Below, in pieces: positions 41,485 to 51,007 of a stretch of 59,409 nt of DNA. Every line of letters begins with the position of its first letter. Within the stretch, counting starts at the first letter, position 1. The notes beneath the pieces are model-generated. The model had not been told where the DNA came from. It did no database searches and saw only the letters and a program-made list of their open reading frames with translations. The stretch lies in contig JBEKHC010000019.1 in NCBI GenBank assembly GCA_050012475.1, positions 1 through 59,409 of the forward strand, given 5' to 3'. Origin of the DNA: Candidatus Velthaea sp. Lineage in GTDB: Bacteria > Vulcanimicrobiota > Vulcanimicrobiia > Vulcanimicrobiales > Vulcanimicrobiaceae. A program made the translations under genes and the position numbers.

Positions 41485-41940
41485 ATGTCCGGCCACGAGA
41501 TCATCTACGAGCGAGTGGGTTCGCTGTTCGGTGCAGAACGCGATGCCATCGCCAACGCCGCGAATCTCGCGGCGATCGTGTACGGCGAGCTGCCCGACGT
41601 AAACTGGGCCGGATTCTATTTCACGCGCGGCAACGAGCTCGTGCTGGGGCCGTTTCAGGGCAAGCCCGCGTGCGTGCGGATCGCGTTCGGCCGGGGCGTA
41701 TGCGGAACGGCATGGGCGGAAGCTCGAACGATCGTCGTCCCCGACGTCCACGCCTTTGCGGGTCACATCGCGTGCGACACCGCATCGAACAGCGAAATCG
41801 TCGTGCCCCTCGAGAGATCCGACGGCGTCGTTGTCGGGGTGCTCGACGTCGACAGTCCGTTGCGCGATCGATTCAGCGAGGGCGACCGTTCGCTCCTCGA
41901 AGCACTCGCCCAACTCTACGTTGGCCATTCCGACCTCTAA
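41485..41940 (+). CDS. msrC: GAF-domain protein, free methionine-(R)-sulfoxide reductase (fRMsr/MsrC-like)
   Basis: NWAGFY, LGPFQGKPAC, GRGVCG, HIACD, SEIVVP, VLDVDS. Confidence 0.85.
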   Translation: MSGHEIIYERVGSLFGAERDAIANAANLAAIVYGELPDVNWAGFYFTRGNELVLGPFQGKPACVRIAFGRGVCGTAWAEARTIVVPDVHAFAGHIACDTASNSEIVVPLERSDGVVVGVLDVDSPLRDRFSEGDRSLLEALAQLYVGHSDL

Positions 41941-41961
41941 ATCGTCGGGGTAGCGGAGATC

Positions 41962-42417
41962 CTACCTGTTCCGGTCGCGTTCCAGGCGTTCGAGGTCAGC
42001 CACGTCTTGCGCCCGTCCGCTGGCCCGCTTATTGCGGAGAAGATCGTCTCGTCCGAGGACGTTGGTCGGAATGGCACCGATCGTGACGGCAACGCGGTGT
42101 GGCCAAGCTTCGCCGAATGTGACGCCGTCGATGGCCGTCAAGATATCGATCCGAACCGGGGCGACGCCGACCTGAAAAACGATGTCGGGCTCGCAGAACG
42201 TGCGTTCATCGACTTGATCCATCGGCGCACCGAACGCTGCTAACGCGCGATAGGTGCGGCGAGCGTTGTCCGCATCGGTGTCAACCCAGAGATCGATATC
42301 GCCCGTCGCCCGGGGCCGCGAGTAGGCTGCAACGGCATACGCGCCGACGACGAGATATTTAACGCCGGCGGCGTTGAAGCTTTGCAATATCTCTTCGAAG
42401 TCGGAGTTGCTCTGCAT
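41962..42417 (-). CDS. Pol-beta-like nucleotidyltransferase (DUF6036-like)
   Basis: YLVVGAYAV...PRATGDIDLWV, RIDILT, NKRASGRAQDVADL. Confidence 0.85.
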   Translation of the reverse strand: MQSNSDFEEILQSFNAAGVKYLVVGAYAVAAYSRPRATGDIDLWVDTDADNARRTYRALAAFGAPMDQVDERTFCEPDIVFQVGVAPVRIDILTAIDGVTFGEAWPHRVAVTIGAIPTNVLGRDDLLRNKRASGRAQDVADLERLERDRNR

Positions 42418-42607
42418 CGCCGCCCTTGCTCAGCCACTGTTGGGCGAACATCGCCCCGACCATCGTCATCTTCTCCCCGGGAGTCAGGCGAACGAAATAG
42501 TCACGGTCGAAGGCATCGTGATCGCCCTTGAGCTGCACGATGCCCGTTCGTATATTGCGTCGCTCAGCAACATCGCGCCGCGCTGCCTCGTCGGACTCTT
42601 CCCGCAT
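42359..42607 (-). CDS. Small partner protein upstream of the nucleotidyltransferase
   Basis: 82 aa MREESDEA...DRDYFVRLTPGEKM...RLRRDIAKLQRRRR; AAGGAG RBS; overlaps the NTase start. Confidence 0.6.
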   Translation of the reverse strand: MREESDEAARRDVAERRNIRTGIVQLKGDHDAFDRDYFVRLTPGEKMTMVGAMFAQQWLSKGGDAEQLRLRRDIAKLQRRRR

Positions 42608-42656
42608 GTCCCGTAGATTCGACTCCTTCGGCGCCAAGTCATGGGCGTCACGAATG

Positions 42657-42727
42657 CCGCGGACCGAGAAGCCCGTCGGGCTTTGCCCGGCGGGCGACGA
42701 CGGGCGGCTTGGGCTTCGCCCCAGCCG
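42657..42727. repeat. REP-like double hairpin, family 2, copy A
   Basis: GCCCGTCGGGC-TTT-GCCCGGCGGGC, then GACGACGGGCGGCT (exact match at 55940-55953), then a second hairpin. Confidence 0.55.
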
Positions 42728-42762
42728 AAAAAAAAGAGCACGGCAGCGGGCTGCCATGCTCT
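42728..42762 (-). terminator. Rho-independent terminator of the PFOR-Nfn operon
   Basis: Minus strand AGAGCATGGCAGC-CC-GCTGCCGTGCTCT followed by a T-run, just downstream of the stop at 42789. Confidence 0.85.
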
Positions 42763-42788
42763 CTGGGCTGAGGTGGTTGCGATGCCGG

Positions 42789-45641
42789 TTAGACGATGAA
42801 CCCGTGGCGAACCTTGCTCGCCTCTTCTTGTTGCTTGAATTGGTTGAAACGCGGGAGGAACTTGTCCCAGTCGATGATGTGCGCGTCGATCTCCGGCCCG
42901 TCGATGCACGCGTGTTTGCGCACCATCTTGCCGTTGACCGTCACCGGCACCATGCAGGCGCCGCACATGCCGGTGGCATCGACCATGATCGAATTGAGGC
43001 TGGCGACCGTCTTCACGCCGAACGGCTTGGTCAGATCGCTGACCGCGCGCATCATGAGCGGCGGACCGATCGTGACGACTTCGCCGATCTTGCGCCCGTG
43101 GCCGGACTGCTGCTTGCGCAGCATCTCCTCGAGCGGCAGCGTGACGAAACCCTTCATGCCGAAACGTCCATCGTTGCTGGTGTAGATCACGTCGAGCAGA
43201 TCTGGATAGTCGGTCTGCAGCCGGCCGATGCGTTCGTCTTTCCCCGTCCAGAAGATCAGGTTGGCGGTGCGGAAGCCGGCGATGAGCGTGACGTGATTGC
43301 CCATGCGCAGATGTTCGCGCATGATCGGATAGACCGGCGGCAATCCCACGCCGCCCGCGGTGAAGACCACCGTTTCGCCGTTGGGGTAGCGGTGCAGTTC
43401 GCTGGGCAGTCCCAGCGGTCCGGCGATGCCGCTGAACGCTTCGCCCACTTCCATCATGTTGATGGCCATGCTGCTGCTGCCCAGGGCCTGAACCACCAAG
43501 TCGATCGTTCCGGCCTTGGCGTCCCAATCAGCCAGCGTCAGCGGGATGAGTTCGCCTTTATCCCAAGCGAGCACGCGCACGAATTGACCGGCCCGCGCCG
43601 CCCGGGCGATCACCGGTGAATGCACCACGAACTCGACGATGCCGTCGGCGAGATGGATTTTCTCGATGATCGTCTGTCGCGCTTGGCCGAGTTTGGTGTA
43701 CCGGTCGGCATTGGCGACCCGCAGTTTGATCTCGTCCGACGTGAACGGGATGTCGCCGACGATTTGACGTGCCGCCGATTGTCCGTCGCCGGCGGCCCGA
43801 ATCGCCGTCGAACCGCCGCGCGCGGCGTCGCCGCCGCTGTAGACGTCGGCAATCGACGTTTGCTGTGCGGCGTTGGTCTCGATCGTGCCCCACTTGGTGG
43901 TCCGCAGTTCGGGCTCGGCATCCTTGACGATCGGATTGGGCGTATTGCCGAGCGCCATGATCGCGAGATCGATCGGCATGAGTTCGGTCTCGCCGGTAAC
44001 CACCGGGCTGCGGCGGCCCGAAGCGTCGGGTTCGCCCAGTTCCATGATGTCGAGAATGGTGTGGGTCAGGCAATGCGTCTTGCCGTCGCCGACGAATTCG
44101 CGCGGCGCGCGCAAGACTTTGAGCTTGATGCCCTCCTCGAGCGCGTGGTGCAGTTCCTCGACGCGCACCGGCATCTCGTCCTGGGTGCGGCGATAGACGA
44201 TGGTGACGTTCCCGCCCAAGCGGAGCGCCGTGCGCGCCGCATCCATCGCGGTGTTGCCGCCGCCGATGATGATGATGTTCTTGCCGACGGTCTCGGGCAG
44301 CGGCGTCTCGTAGCCTTCGATCTGCCCTTGCATGAGGTTGACGCGGGTGAGGAACTCGTTGGCCGACATGACGTTGAGCAGGTGCTCGCCGGGGACGTTC
44401 ATGAAACGCGGCAGTCCGGCTCCCGTTCCGATGAAGATCTTCCAGAAACCCGCGGCCTTGAGCGTCTCGATCGTCGCGGTCTTTCCGACGACGAAGTTCC
44501 GCACGAATTTGCCGCCCAGCCGCTCGATCTTCGAGACGACGTCGTCGATGAGTTCGTTGGGCAGCCGGAACTCCGGAATGCCGTACCGCAGCACGCCGCC
44601 CAAATCGTGAAACGCCTCGAACACCGTGACCGGGAAGCCCTCTTGGGCCATCAGATAAGCGTTGATGAGTCCCGCCGGCCCCGAGCCGACGACCGCGATC
44701 GGCGGCTTTTCGGCTCGCAGCCACGGATTGGTGAGAAATTCCCAATCGCCGGCGTTCGCGTTCACCAGCTTTTCGCGCTGGGGCAGGAACCACTCGAGCT
44801 GACCGATCTCGATCGGATGCTCGTTGAGCGTACACACGCCTTGGCACTGCAGCTCTTGCGGGCAGACGCGGCCGGTGACGTTCGGCAGCGGATTGCAGCT
44901 TTCGATGAGTTCGAGCGCCGCTTTGAACTTGCCCAGCCCAATGAGTTCGAGCATTTCGGGAATGTGGATTTTGACCGGGCAGCCGCCCTTGTTTTCTTTT
45001 TCGGGGTTGTCCTCGTACGGCACCCCGATCTCGCACGGCCGGTCCTCGCACTGCTTGTCGCGCAGCACTTCGAGCCAGACGAAGAGATCGACTTCGCGCG
45101 CGCTGTAGCCCAGGTTCATGTACCCGAGGTAACCCTGGTTGACGAGCTCGAAGTCCTTGGCGCGCTCCTCGGCCGGACGCATATAGGGCGGGATGCTGTT
45201 TTGCGCGGGCCAGTTCTGCGACAGCCCGCGGAACATCGGATAGCGATCCGAGAGATACGCGTCGATCGCGCGAATGAATTTGCGCTTGAATTTGAGCGGG
45301 ATATTCCAGATGAAGCGCTGCAGGACGGCGCCCATGTCTTCGCCGCGGACCAGCAGATCCCAAATGACCCGGGTGAAGCTCTCGCCCAGTTCGTCCTGCT
45401 GGAACTCCCAGGCGATAGCCTGCGTTCCGTCCGCCACGAACATCGAACGGAACGACTGCGGCGACTTGAGCAGCCGGTTGCGCAGCAGCGTGAGCTGCTT
45501 CTGGAAGAGCTCGACTTCATTGCTGTGTTCGAGCGCTTCCAGCTTCGTGCGCGTGGCCTCGAAATCGCTGTTCGCACGCAAATATTGCTGCAGGTTGTCG
45601 TCGTTGCCGCCCGCAGCGGGGCGGCCCGCCGCGATCGTCAT
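42789..45641 (-). CDS. Single-chain NfnB(L)-NfnA(S)/SudA-SudB-like iron-sulfur flavoprotein with extra N-terminal domain
   Basis: GltD/NfnB-like module (GCPV, GRVCPQELQCQGVC, GSGPAG, GGVLRYGIPEFRLP, GGGNTAMDAAR) fused to an NfnA/PyrK-like module (AGQFV, IPLT, GPLG, GGVG, MVDATGMCGAC...CIDGP); ATGA overlap with the PFOR stop. Confidence 0.9.
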   Translation of the reverse strand: MTIAAGRPAAGGNDDNLQQYLRANSDFEATRTKLEALEHSNEVELFQKQLTLLRNRLLKSPQSFRSMFVADGTQAIAWEFQQDELGESFTRVIWDLLVRGEDMGAVLQRFIWNIPLKFKRKFIRAIDAYLSDRYPMFRGLSQNWPAQNSIPPYMRPAEERAKDFELVNQGYLGYMNLGYSAREVDLFVWLEVLRDKQCEDRPCEIGVPYEDNPEKENKGGCPVKIHIPEMLELIGLGKFKAALELIESCNPLPNVTGRVCPQELQCQGVCTLNEHPIEIGQLEWFLPQREKLVNANAGDWEFLTNPWLRAEKPPIAVVGSGPAGLINAYLMAQEGFPVTVFEAFHDLGGVLRYGIPEFRLPNELIDDVVSKIERLGGKFVRNFVVGKTATIETLKAAGFWKIFIGTGAGLPRFMNVPGEHLLNVMSANEFLTRVNLMQGQIEGYETPLPETVGKNIIIIGGGNTAMDAARTALRLGGNVTIVYRRTQDEMPVRVEELHHALEEGIKLKVLRAPREFVGDGKTHCLTHTILDIMELGEPDASGRRSPVVTGETELMPIDLAIMALGNTPNPIVKDAEPELRTTKWGTIETNAAQQTSIADVYSGGDAARGGSTAIRAAGDGQSAARQIVGDIPFTSDEIKLRVANADRYTKLGQARQTIIEKIHLADGIVEFVVHSPVIARAARAGQFVRVLAWDKGELIPLTLADWDAKAGTIDLVVQALGSSSMAINMMEVGEAFSGIAGPLGLPSELHRYPNGETVVFTAGGVGLPPVYPIMREHLRMGNHVTLIAGFRTANLIFWTGKDERIGRLQTDYPDLLDVIYTSNDGRFGMKGFVTLPLEEMLRKQQSGHGRKIGEVVTIGPPLMMRAVSDLTKPFGVKTVASLNSIMVDATGMCGACMVPVTVNGKMVRKHACIDGPEIDAHIIDWDKFLPRFNQFKQQEEASKVRHGFIV

Positions 45642-48600
45642 GATCCGCACCGGATGATTTCAGCGTCGCAATTGGCTGCCGCGCGCTGGGCCTTGGCGAT
45701 GAGTTCGGGCGTGACGGTGATTTTCTCCACTGCGCCCGGGATGATGCGAGCCACTTCCTTGGACTCCCCGTCAACCATGATCTTCGTCTTTTCGAACAGC
45801 TCGCTCATGTCTTGATAACAGGTCTTGCAGTTCGTGCATTTGGTCATGTCGGTGATGCTGACCAAGGCCGTCGCCGCGCCGTTGGAAGGAGCTACGGCTG
45901 TTTTTCCCGGCGCCATGGTCAAGCTCGGTGACGGACCGCTCATGAGCGAGGTGAGATCGATGATGCCCGGCGCGTTGGATGCGGCGGCGAGTTCGGACAT
46001 CGCTTGCGCGATCGAGTCGATCGACGATTCGCGTTGCGCGACCGATTCGTCGTACTGCTTGCGCCAATGCTCGAGTTCGACCCGATGCGCGGTGCCCAAG
46101 GCATCCATGTCCAAGCCGCTCAGGTATTGCAGCCGGCGCCACGCCTTGCGCCGGTCGTCGACGAGTTCGACGATGGTCGCCGAAGCACCGTACTTGACCA
46201 GATGCATGTCGTCGTCGGTGGCGCAGATGAACGGGATCTTTCCGGCGCGTTCCTCGTCGCCCAGGTCGATGAATTCGTCGATCGGGATCTCATTGGGCTC
46301 GCCGCTCAGCTTGGTGAAGTGGCGTTTGAAGCGACCTTCCTCAAAGGCGAAGTCGGCCGGGGTCAGCGCCAGCTCCATGAGTTTGGCCGACCCGTCGGTG
46401 TCGACGTATTCGATCGTCCGGGTGGTCCAGTCTTTGGTGACGTCGGGATTGCCGTCGAGCGAGAACCACTCGTGCGTCGCCTCGCCGCGCCGCGGATCGT
46501 GGACGAACAGCGGGCTCATCCGGCTCTCCACCGCGAGTCGTGCGTTGCGGTACGAAGCCGCGTCGCTGATGCCGTGTTCGGGCTGGCACGGCGTGTAGAC
46601 GTCGAGCAGCGACGGCGAATCGTTGTAGGTGAGGAACTCCATGAGGCTCTTCATGAAGTGGTTCTGGAACGCGGTGCTCGTTTGGGTGACGTAGACTTTG
46701 GGATGGAACGAGGCGATCAAGCCGAGTTCTTTGCGGTCTTCCTGCTTGCCGCGATGGGTCGAGCCGAAGCGGGCGAGATCGGAATCTTGCGCAGTGAAGC
46801 TCGCCGTCGACGACTGGCCGCCGGTATTCGAGTAGGCACCCGAATTGAGCACGACGATCTTGATCGGCGTGTCCGTGGTGAGCAGCCGCGAGAGCGCGCC
46901 GAACCCGATGTCGTAGGTGGCGCCGTCGCCGCCCATGCTGATGAGCGTCGGCATGAGCGCCAGCTCTTCGTCGGTAAACTGCGCCCAGCGGAAGTACTTG
47001 AAGTACGGGTCGTGCAGCGTGGGATTGTAGTGGTCGTCCAAGTCGAGCTTGGCGACGCGCAACGCCCGGAAGTCCTCGACCGCCGCGGCGGTGAGACCCT
47101 CGAAAATGCCCTTCGAGAGCGCGGGGCTGTCCTGGAACAGGCTGTTGACCCACGGATCGTTATACGGGTTGAACGGGAACGTCGAAGCAAAGACGCTGCT
47201 GCAGCCGGTCGCGTTGGCCATGACGGCCGCGGTTGGGCCAGTTCCGCTCGGCCCGCCCTCGAAGAAATACAGCCGTTTTTCGAGCGTTGCGAGCGTGCGC
47301 TGCATGCGCGCTTTGCGATCGGGATCGTGCTCGTCGCTGGTGGCGTGCACGAGCTTGGCGGAAAGCTGTTCGATGATGCTCTCGAGGTCGCGCACGTGGT
47401 CCTTGCGGCGGCGCTCGTGGATCGCCTTATTCGCGCCGACGATGAGCCGGATCGCGGTCACTTCGCCGCAACCGCGGCACGCGCCGTGGCCGCCGGTCAT
47501 GGCGTAGTAGTTGGCGCGGTCGAGCATGAGCCGTTTGGTCTCGCCGTCGGGCGCGGTCGCGCCGTCGGTGAAACGGGCCGGCGTGTTGGGCATCTTGCTG
47601 AGAAACTCGAAGCGCGTCTCCAGCGTCTGGAGCACCTCCGAATCCTGGCGCCGTTCGACGAGTGCGTTCGGCCCGCAGACGTCGATGCACTCGAGGCAAC
47701 CCGTGCACTTCCAAGGATCGATGCCGACGGCATACAGACCGCCGCTGCCCGGCACGTTCTTTTCCATCGCGTCGAAGTACGGCCGCGTTTTGGCGACCGG
47801 ATACTGCGCGAGCACTTTTGCCAGTTTGACGAAGCTGCGGCGCAGACCGACGTTGTCGATCTCCAGCGCGTCGACCGCTTTGGTAACCAGCTCGTGGAAC
47901 GCGACCGTCTCTTTGCCCGAGAGTTCGCGATACGATTCGCGAATCGCGCGCGAGAGCACGACGACGTGACCGCGCATTAATTCCTTCTGCGCATCGGTGG
48001 CGTCGAGTTGCTTGATCGCCACGAGCAGCAAGTCGTGGATGTCGTGCACGACGTTGGGAATCGCGGCGTCCGGACACACCAGCGCGCATTCCATGCAGCC
48101 CGTGCACAACTCGGCTACGAATTCGGGGACGTTGCGGCGGAAGAGCCCTTTGTCTTTCCACGCGGCGGAGCCCGGCGGCATGAACAGCCCGGCGCCCGGC
48201 ATCACCGGCGCTTCGCCGATGCTGGCATCTTTGAAGCGGTCGGCGACGGCGTCGTCATAGTACTGAGGGTCGAAGAAACCGTTCTGAATCGACGGCGCCG
48301 CGGTCTTGCACATCCCGGCGGAGATCGCCACGCCCGCGCCGTTGCGCGACGGCGCCGCTTCCTCGACGAGCGCGAAGGCCGGATCGTTGTAGTCGACCTT
48401 CTGCGTCGCCTCGAGACCTTCGCGGATCACTTCCATGTTGCTCTCGACGATCGTGCCGCCTTTGGCGCCGAACTTCTTGCTGATCTGTTGGCGGATCTTC
48501 GCCAGCACGGCTTCCTCGGACGTCCCGGCGGAGATCCGGTCGACGTGTCCGCAGACCGCGCCGATGAAAGCGATGCCCATCATGCGCGTCTCGAGGTCTT

Positions 48601-50731
48601 CGGTCGGCGCGTGCTTTTTCGCCACGCCGAAGGCGTCGATGACGAAGAAGTGGATGTTCTTGTCGCGGATGGTCTGGCGGGCGTGCGGCGGCAGCTCTTT
48701 CCAGACGTCTTGCGGCGAGTGCGCCGTCTGCATCATGAACGTGCCGCCGTTCGTCAGTCCGCGCAGCGGGTTCGTGTGGCTGAAGACTTTATGGTCGGGC
48801 GAAACGACGATCTCGACGTCTTCGAGTTCGGCGTTGGTGATTTTGATCGGTTCGGGGCTCAGCGTGATGTAGTAGTTCGTCGGCGCACCGCTTTTTTCCG
48901 AACCGTACTTCGGCGCGGATTTTGAGTGCAGGCCGAGCACGCCCGCTAGGATGTCGGTCAGCAGTTTGCCGGTCGCGATCGTGCCGTAGCCGCCCACCGA
49001 GTGGAACCGGATGCGGAACGCCGCGTCGGGCAGCAGGTGGGGGTTGGGCGCGGTTTCCAGCGCCATGAACTCGGTTTGCGGATAGGCCGTCTTGAGCCGC
49101 TCTTGCAGCGCCGCCAGCCGCGGGGCCGCATCATTAGAGAAGAACTGCGAACCGAGGTACACGAAGGGCGAGTTGCGTTCGCTCTCCATATTCGCGTAGG
49201 CCGCGATGAGATGGCGCGGCTGGAGGTCGTGACCGCCGAGCCCGAAGATCGCCGTAGTGACTTTGGGCAGCGCGTCGATCGGCGCGACGCCGGGGTGCCG
49301 GATGCCGTCCGCGTTTTCGCGGGCTTTGAAGAGCGCCTGCGTCACCAGCGTCGTGAGCACGGTCTGATCGCAGCGCTCGAGCACCGTGACGGCCTTCTTG
49401 CCGCGCAGAGCGTCGATGAGGTCGCCTTCGGGGAAGGGCTGCAGCAGTTTGATCGATACCACGCCGACTTTTTTGCCCTGCTCGCGCAGATGCGTCGCGA
49501 CGGCTTCCGCGTCGTCGGTGACCGAACCCAGGCCGACCAGCACGTAGTCGGCGTCATCGCACATGAACGTCTCGACCGGGCGATAGACGCGGCCGGTCAG
49601 CTCGCTGTATTCCGCCATCGCCTCCTCGACGAAGCGCGGAATCTCGCTGGCGAAGTGGGTCTTGTGGTCGATCGAGCCGGCTTGGAAGTCGGCTTGGTTC
49701 TGGACGCCGCCGGTGAGACCGGGATTGTGCGGATCGACCAGCGCCGGGACGCGCTGGCGCGTGCCCTTCTCGGCGGCGTTGACCCACTGCCGGCGCCACT
49801 GCCCGCGCAGTTCCTCGGGAATCCAGCCGGTCGTTCCGGCGATGAGCTGTCCATCGTTGTCGCGTTCGATCTGCGCGCCGACATCGCTCAGATAGGCGCG
49901 CAGTGCGTTCAAGTCGTCCGGCGGAATGTCGGCGGCATGGCGTGCGAGATACGCGCGCAGCTCGAAGAGCCGGCCCTTGGCGCCGAACAGCATTTCTTGG
50001 GCGACGGTCGGGGCGGGGATGCGGCCCTCGGGATCGCCGATGAATTCTTTGAGCAGCTCGGGCTCGGGCAGCAGCGCTTCGCTGAGCATGTGGCTCGTCG
50101 CGAACCCGTCCATTGCATTGGCAACCGGAACGAGCGACAGCGCCGCAACCTTGTATGCGATCGCGGCGAGGTCGGCGGCCTCTTGCGGGTTGCTTCCGAA
50201 CAGGACGGTGTAGCCGGACCCCAGCAGGGCATAGACGTCGTCGTGCCCGGCCATGACGTTGAGCGAATGCTTCGAAACGACGCGCGCCGCGACTTGCAGC
50301 ACGAAACCGCCGACTTTCTTGCCGACCGTCACGTAATGTGATTCCAGCCCGTACAAGATGCCCTGACTCGACGACGCGTTCGAGACGTACTTGGCGCCCG
50401 TGAGCGCGGCGCCCAGCGCGCCGCTTTGCGCCGAGTGTTCGCCCTCGGGATTGAAGAAGAACGGGTGCTTGCCCCAGACGTTGCAGCCGCCGCCCGCGCG
50501 GAACGCTTCGTACAGCTCCGAGATCTCGGTGGACGGCGTGATCGGATACCCGATGACGCCCCCGCAAACGTGACCCATCACATAGGCAACGGCACCGTTG
50601 CCGTTAATGACGGCCGGTACGCCCGGGTACTTTGCGTTTAATTGCGGCGACCGCGCCAAACTCGTCGCGCGCGCATGGTCAGTACCGTTGCTGCTTGCGG
50701 CCACGGTCTCGCTTAAGAGTGTCATCGTCAA
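45638..50731 (-). CDS. Fused 2-oxoacid (pyruvate):ferredoxin/flavodoxin oxidoreductase with C-terminal ferredoxin-like domain
   Basis: YPITPSTE, SVGGYG, YGSEKSG, CTGCMECALVCP, CTGCLECIDVC, GACRGCGE, NATGCS, GGDG...YSNTGGQ (TPP motif), plus terminal CTNCKTC...C. Confidence 0.92.
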   Translation of the reverse strand: MTMTLLSETVAASSNGTDHARATSLARSPQLNAKYPGVPAVINGNGAVAYVMGHVCGGVIGYPITPSTEISELYEAFRAGGGCNVWGKHPFFFNPEGEHSAQSGALGAALTGAKYVSNASSSQGILYGLESHYVTVGKKVGGFVLQVAARVVSKHSLNVMAGHDDVYALLGSGYTVLFGSNPQEAADLAAIAYKVAALSLVPVANAMDGFATSHMLSEALLPEPELLKEFIGDPEGRIPAPTVAQEMLFGAKGRLFELRAYLARHAADIPPDDLNALRAYLSDVGAQIERDNDGQLIAGTTGWIPEELRGQWRRQWVNAAEKGTRQRVPALVDPHNPGLTGGVQNQADFQAGSIDHKTHFASEIPRFVEEAMAEYSELTGRVYRPVETFMCDDADYVLVGLGSVTDDAEAVATHLREQGKKVGVVSIKLLQPFPEGDLIDALRGKKAVTVLERCDQTVLTTLVTQALFKARENADGIRHPGVAPIDALPKVTTAIFGLGGHDLQPRHLIAAYANMESERNSPFVYLGSQFFSNDAAPRLAALQERLKTAYPQTEFMALETAPNPHLLPDAAFRIRFHSVGGYGTIATGKLLTDILAGVLGLHSKSAPKYGSEKSGAPTNYYITLSPEPIKITNAELEDVEIVVSPDHKVFSHTNPLRGLTNGGTFMMQTAHSPQDVWKELPPHARQTIRDKNIHFFVIDAFGVAKKHAPTEDLETRMMGIAFIGAVCGHVDRISAGTSEEAVLAKIRQQISKKFGAKGGTIVESNMEVIREGLEATQKVDYNDPAFALVEEAAPSRNGAGVAISAGMCKTAAPSIQNGFFDPQYYDDAVADRFKDASIGEAPVMPGAGLFMPPGSAAWKDKGLFRRNVPEFVAELCTGCMECALVCPDAAIPNVVHDIHDLLLVAIKQLDATDAQKELMRGHVVVLSRAIRESYRELSGKETVAFHELVTKAVDALEIDNVGLRRSFVKLAKVLAQYPVAKTRPYFDAMEKNVPGSGGLYAVGIDPWKCTGCLECIDVCGPNALVERRQDSEVLQTLETRFEFLSKMPNTPARFTDGATAPDGETKRLMLDRANYYAMTGGHGACRGCGEVTAIRLIVGANKAIHERRRKDHVRDLESIIEQLSAKLVHATSDEHDPDRKARMQRTLATLEKRLYFFEGGPSGTGPTAAVMANATGCSSVFASTFPFNPYNDPWVNSLFQDSPALSKGIFEGLTAAAVEDFRALRVAKLDLDDHYNPTLHDPYFKYFRWAQFTDEELALMPTLISMGGDGATYDIGFGALSRLLTTDTPIKIVVLNSGAYSNTGGQSSTASFTAQDSDLARFGSTHRGKQEDRKELGLIASFHPKVYVTQTSTAFQNHFMKSLMEFLTYNDSPSLLDVYTPCQPEHGISDAASYRNARLAVESRMSPLFVHDPRRGEATHEWFSLDGNPDVTKDWTTRTIEYVDTDGSAKLMELALTPADFAFEEGRFKRHFTKLSGEPNEIPIDEFIDLGDEERAGKIPFICATDDDMHLVKYGASATIVELVDDRRKAWRRLQYLSGLDMDALGTAHRVELEHWRKQYDESVAQRESSIDSIAQAMSELAAASNAPGIIDLTSLMSGPSPSLTMAPGKTAVAPSNGAATALVSITDMTKCTNCKTCYQDMSELFEKTKIMVDGESKEVARIIPGAVEKITVTPELIAKAQRAAANCDAEIIRCGS

Positions 50732-51007
50732 ACCCCGCCGTTAATGAAAATGATGAAACCCCCGAATGCCGGCGAATGAGGCTATCATCGCCCGAGAAGC
50801 TGCTCGAAATGCCAGGCAACAAGGAGGTATGCTTGGGACACGTTATGCGAACGTCATGAACAATTCGCGAAGAAAATTTACATTAACATTTAAGCACGGC
50901 TAATTGGCTTCCGAAACGATCCGTCTTTTGTCGCAAACCGCGCCGCCAGTAGGCAAGGTCGCGCGCCGCGACGGTGTTTTTGCGCCGCGCCGCGAACGCT
51001 TAGGTTA

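Noticed and set aside
50840..50910. Rex or Fnr operator upstream of the PFOR operon
   Set aside because: The region is AT-rich and promoter-like, but TCATGAACAATTCGCGA has the wrong spacing and several mismatches to TTGTGAA-N4-TTCACAA, and no TTGAT-N4-ATCAA is present.
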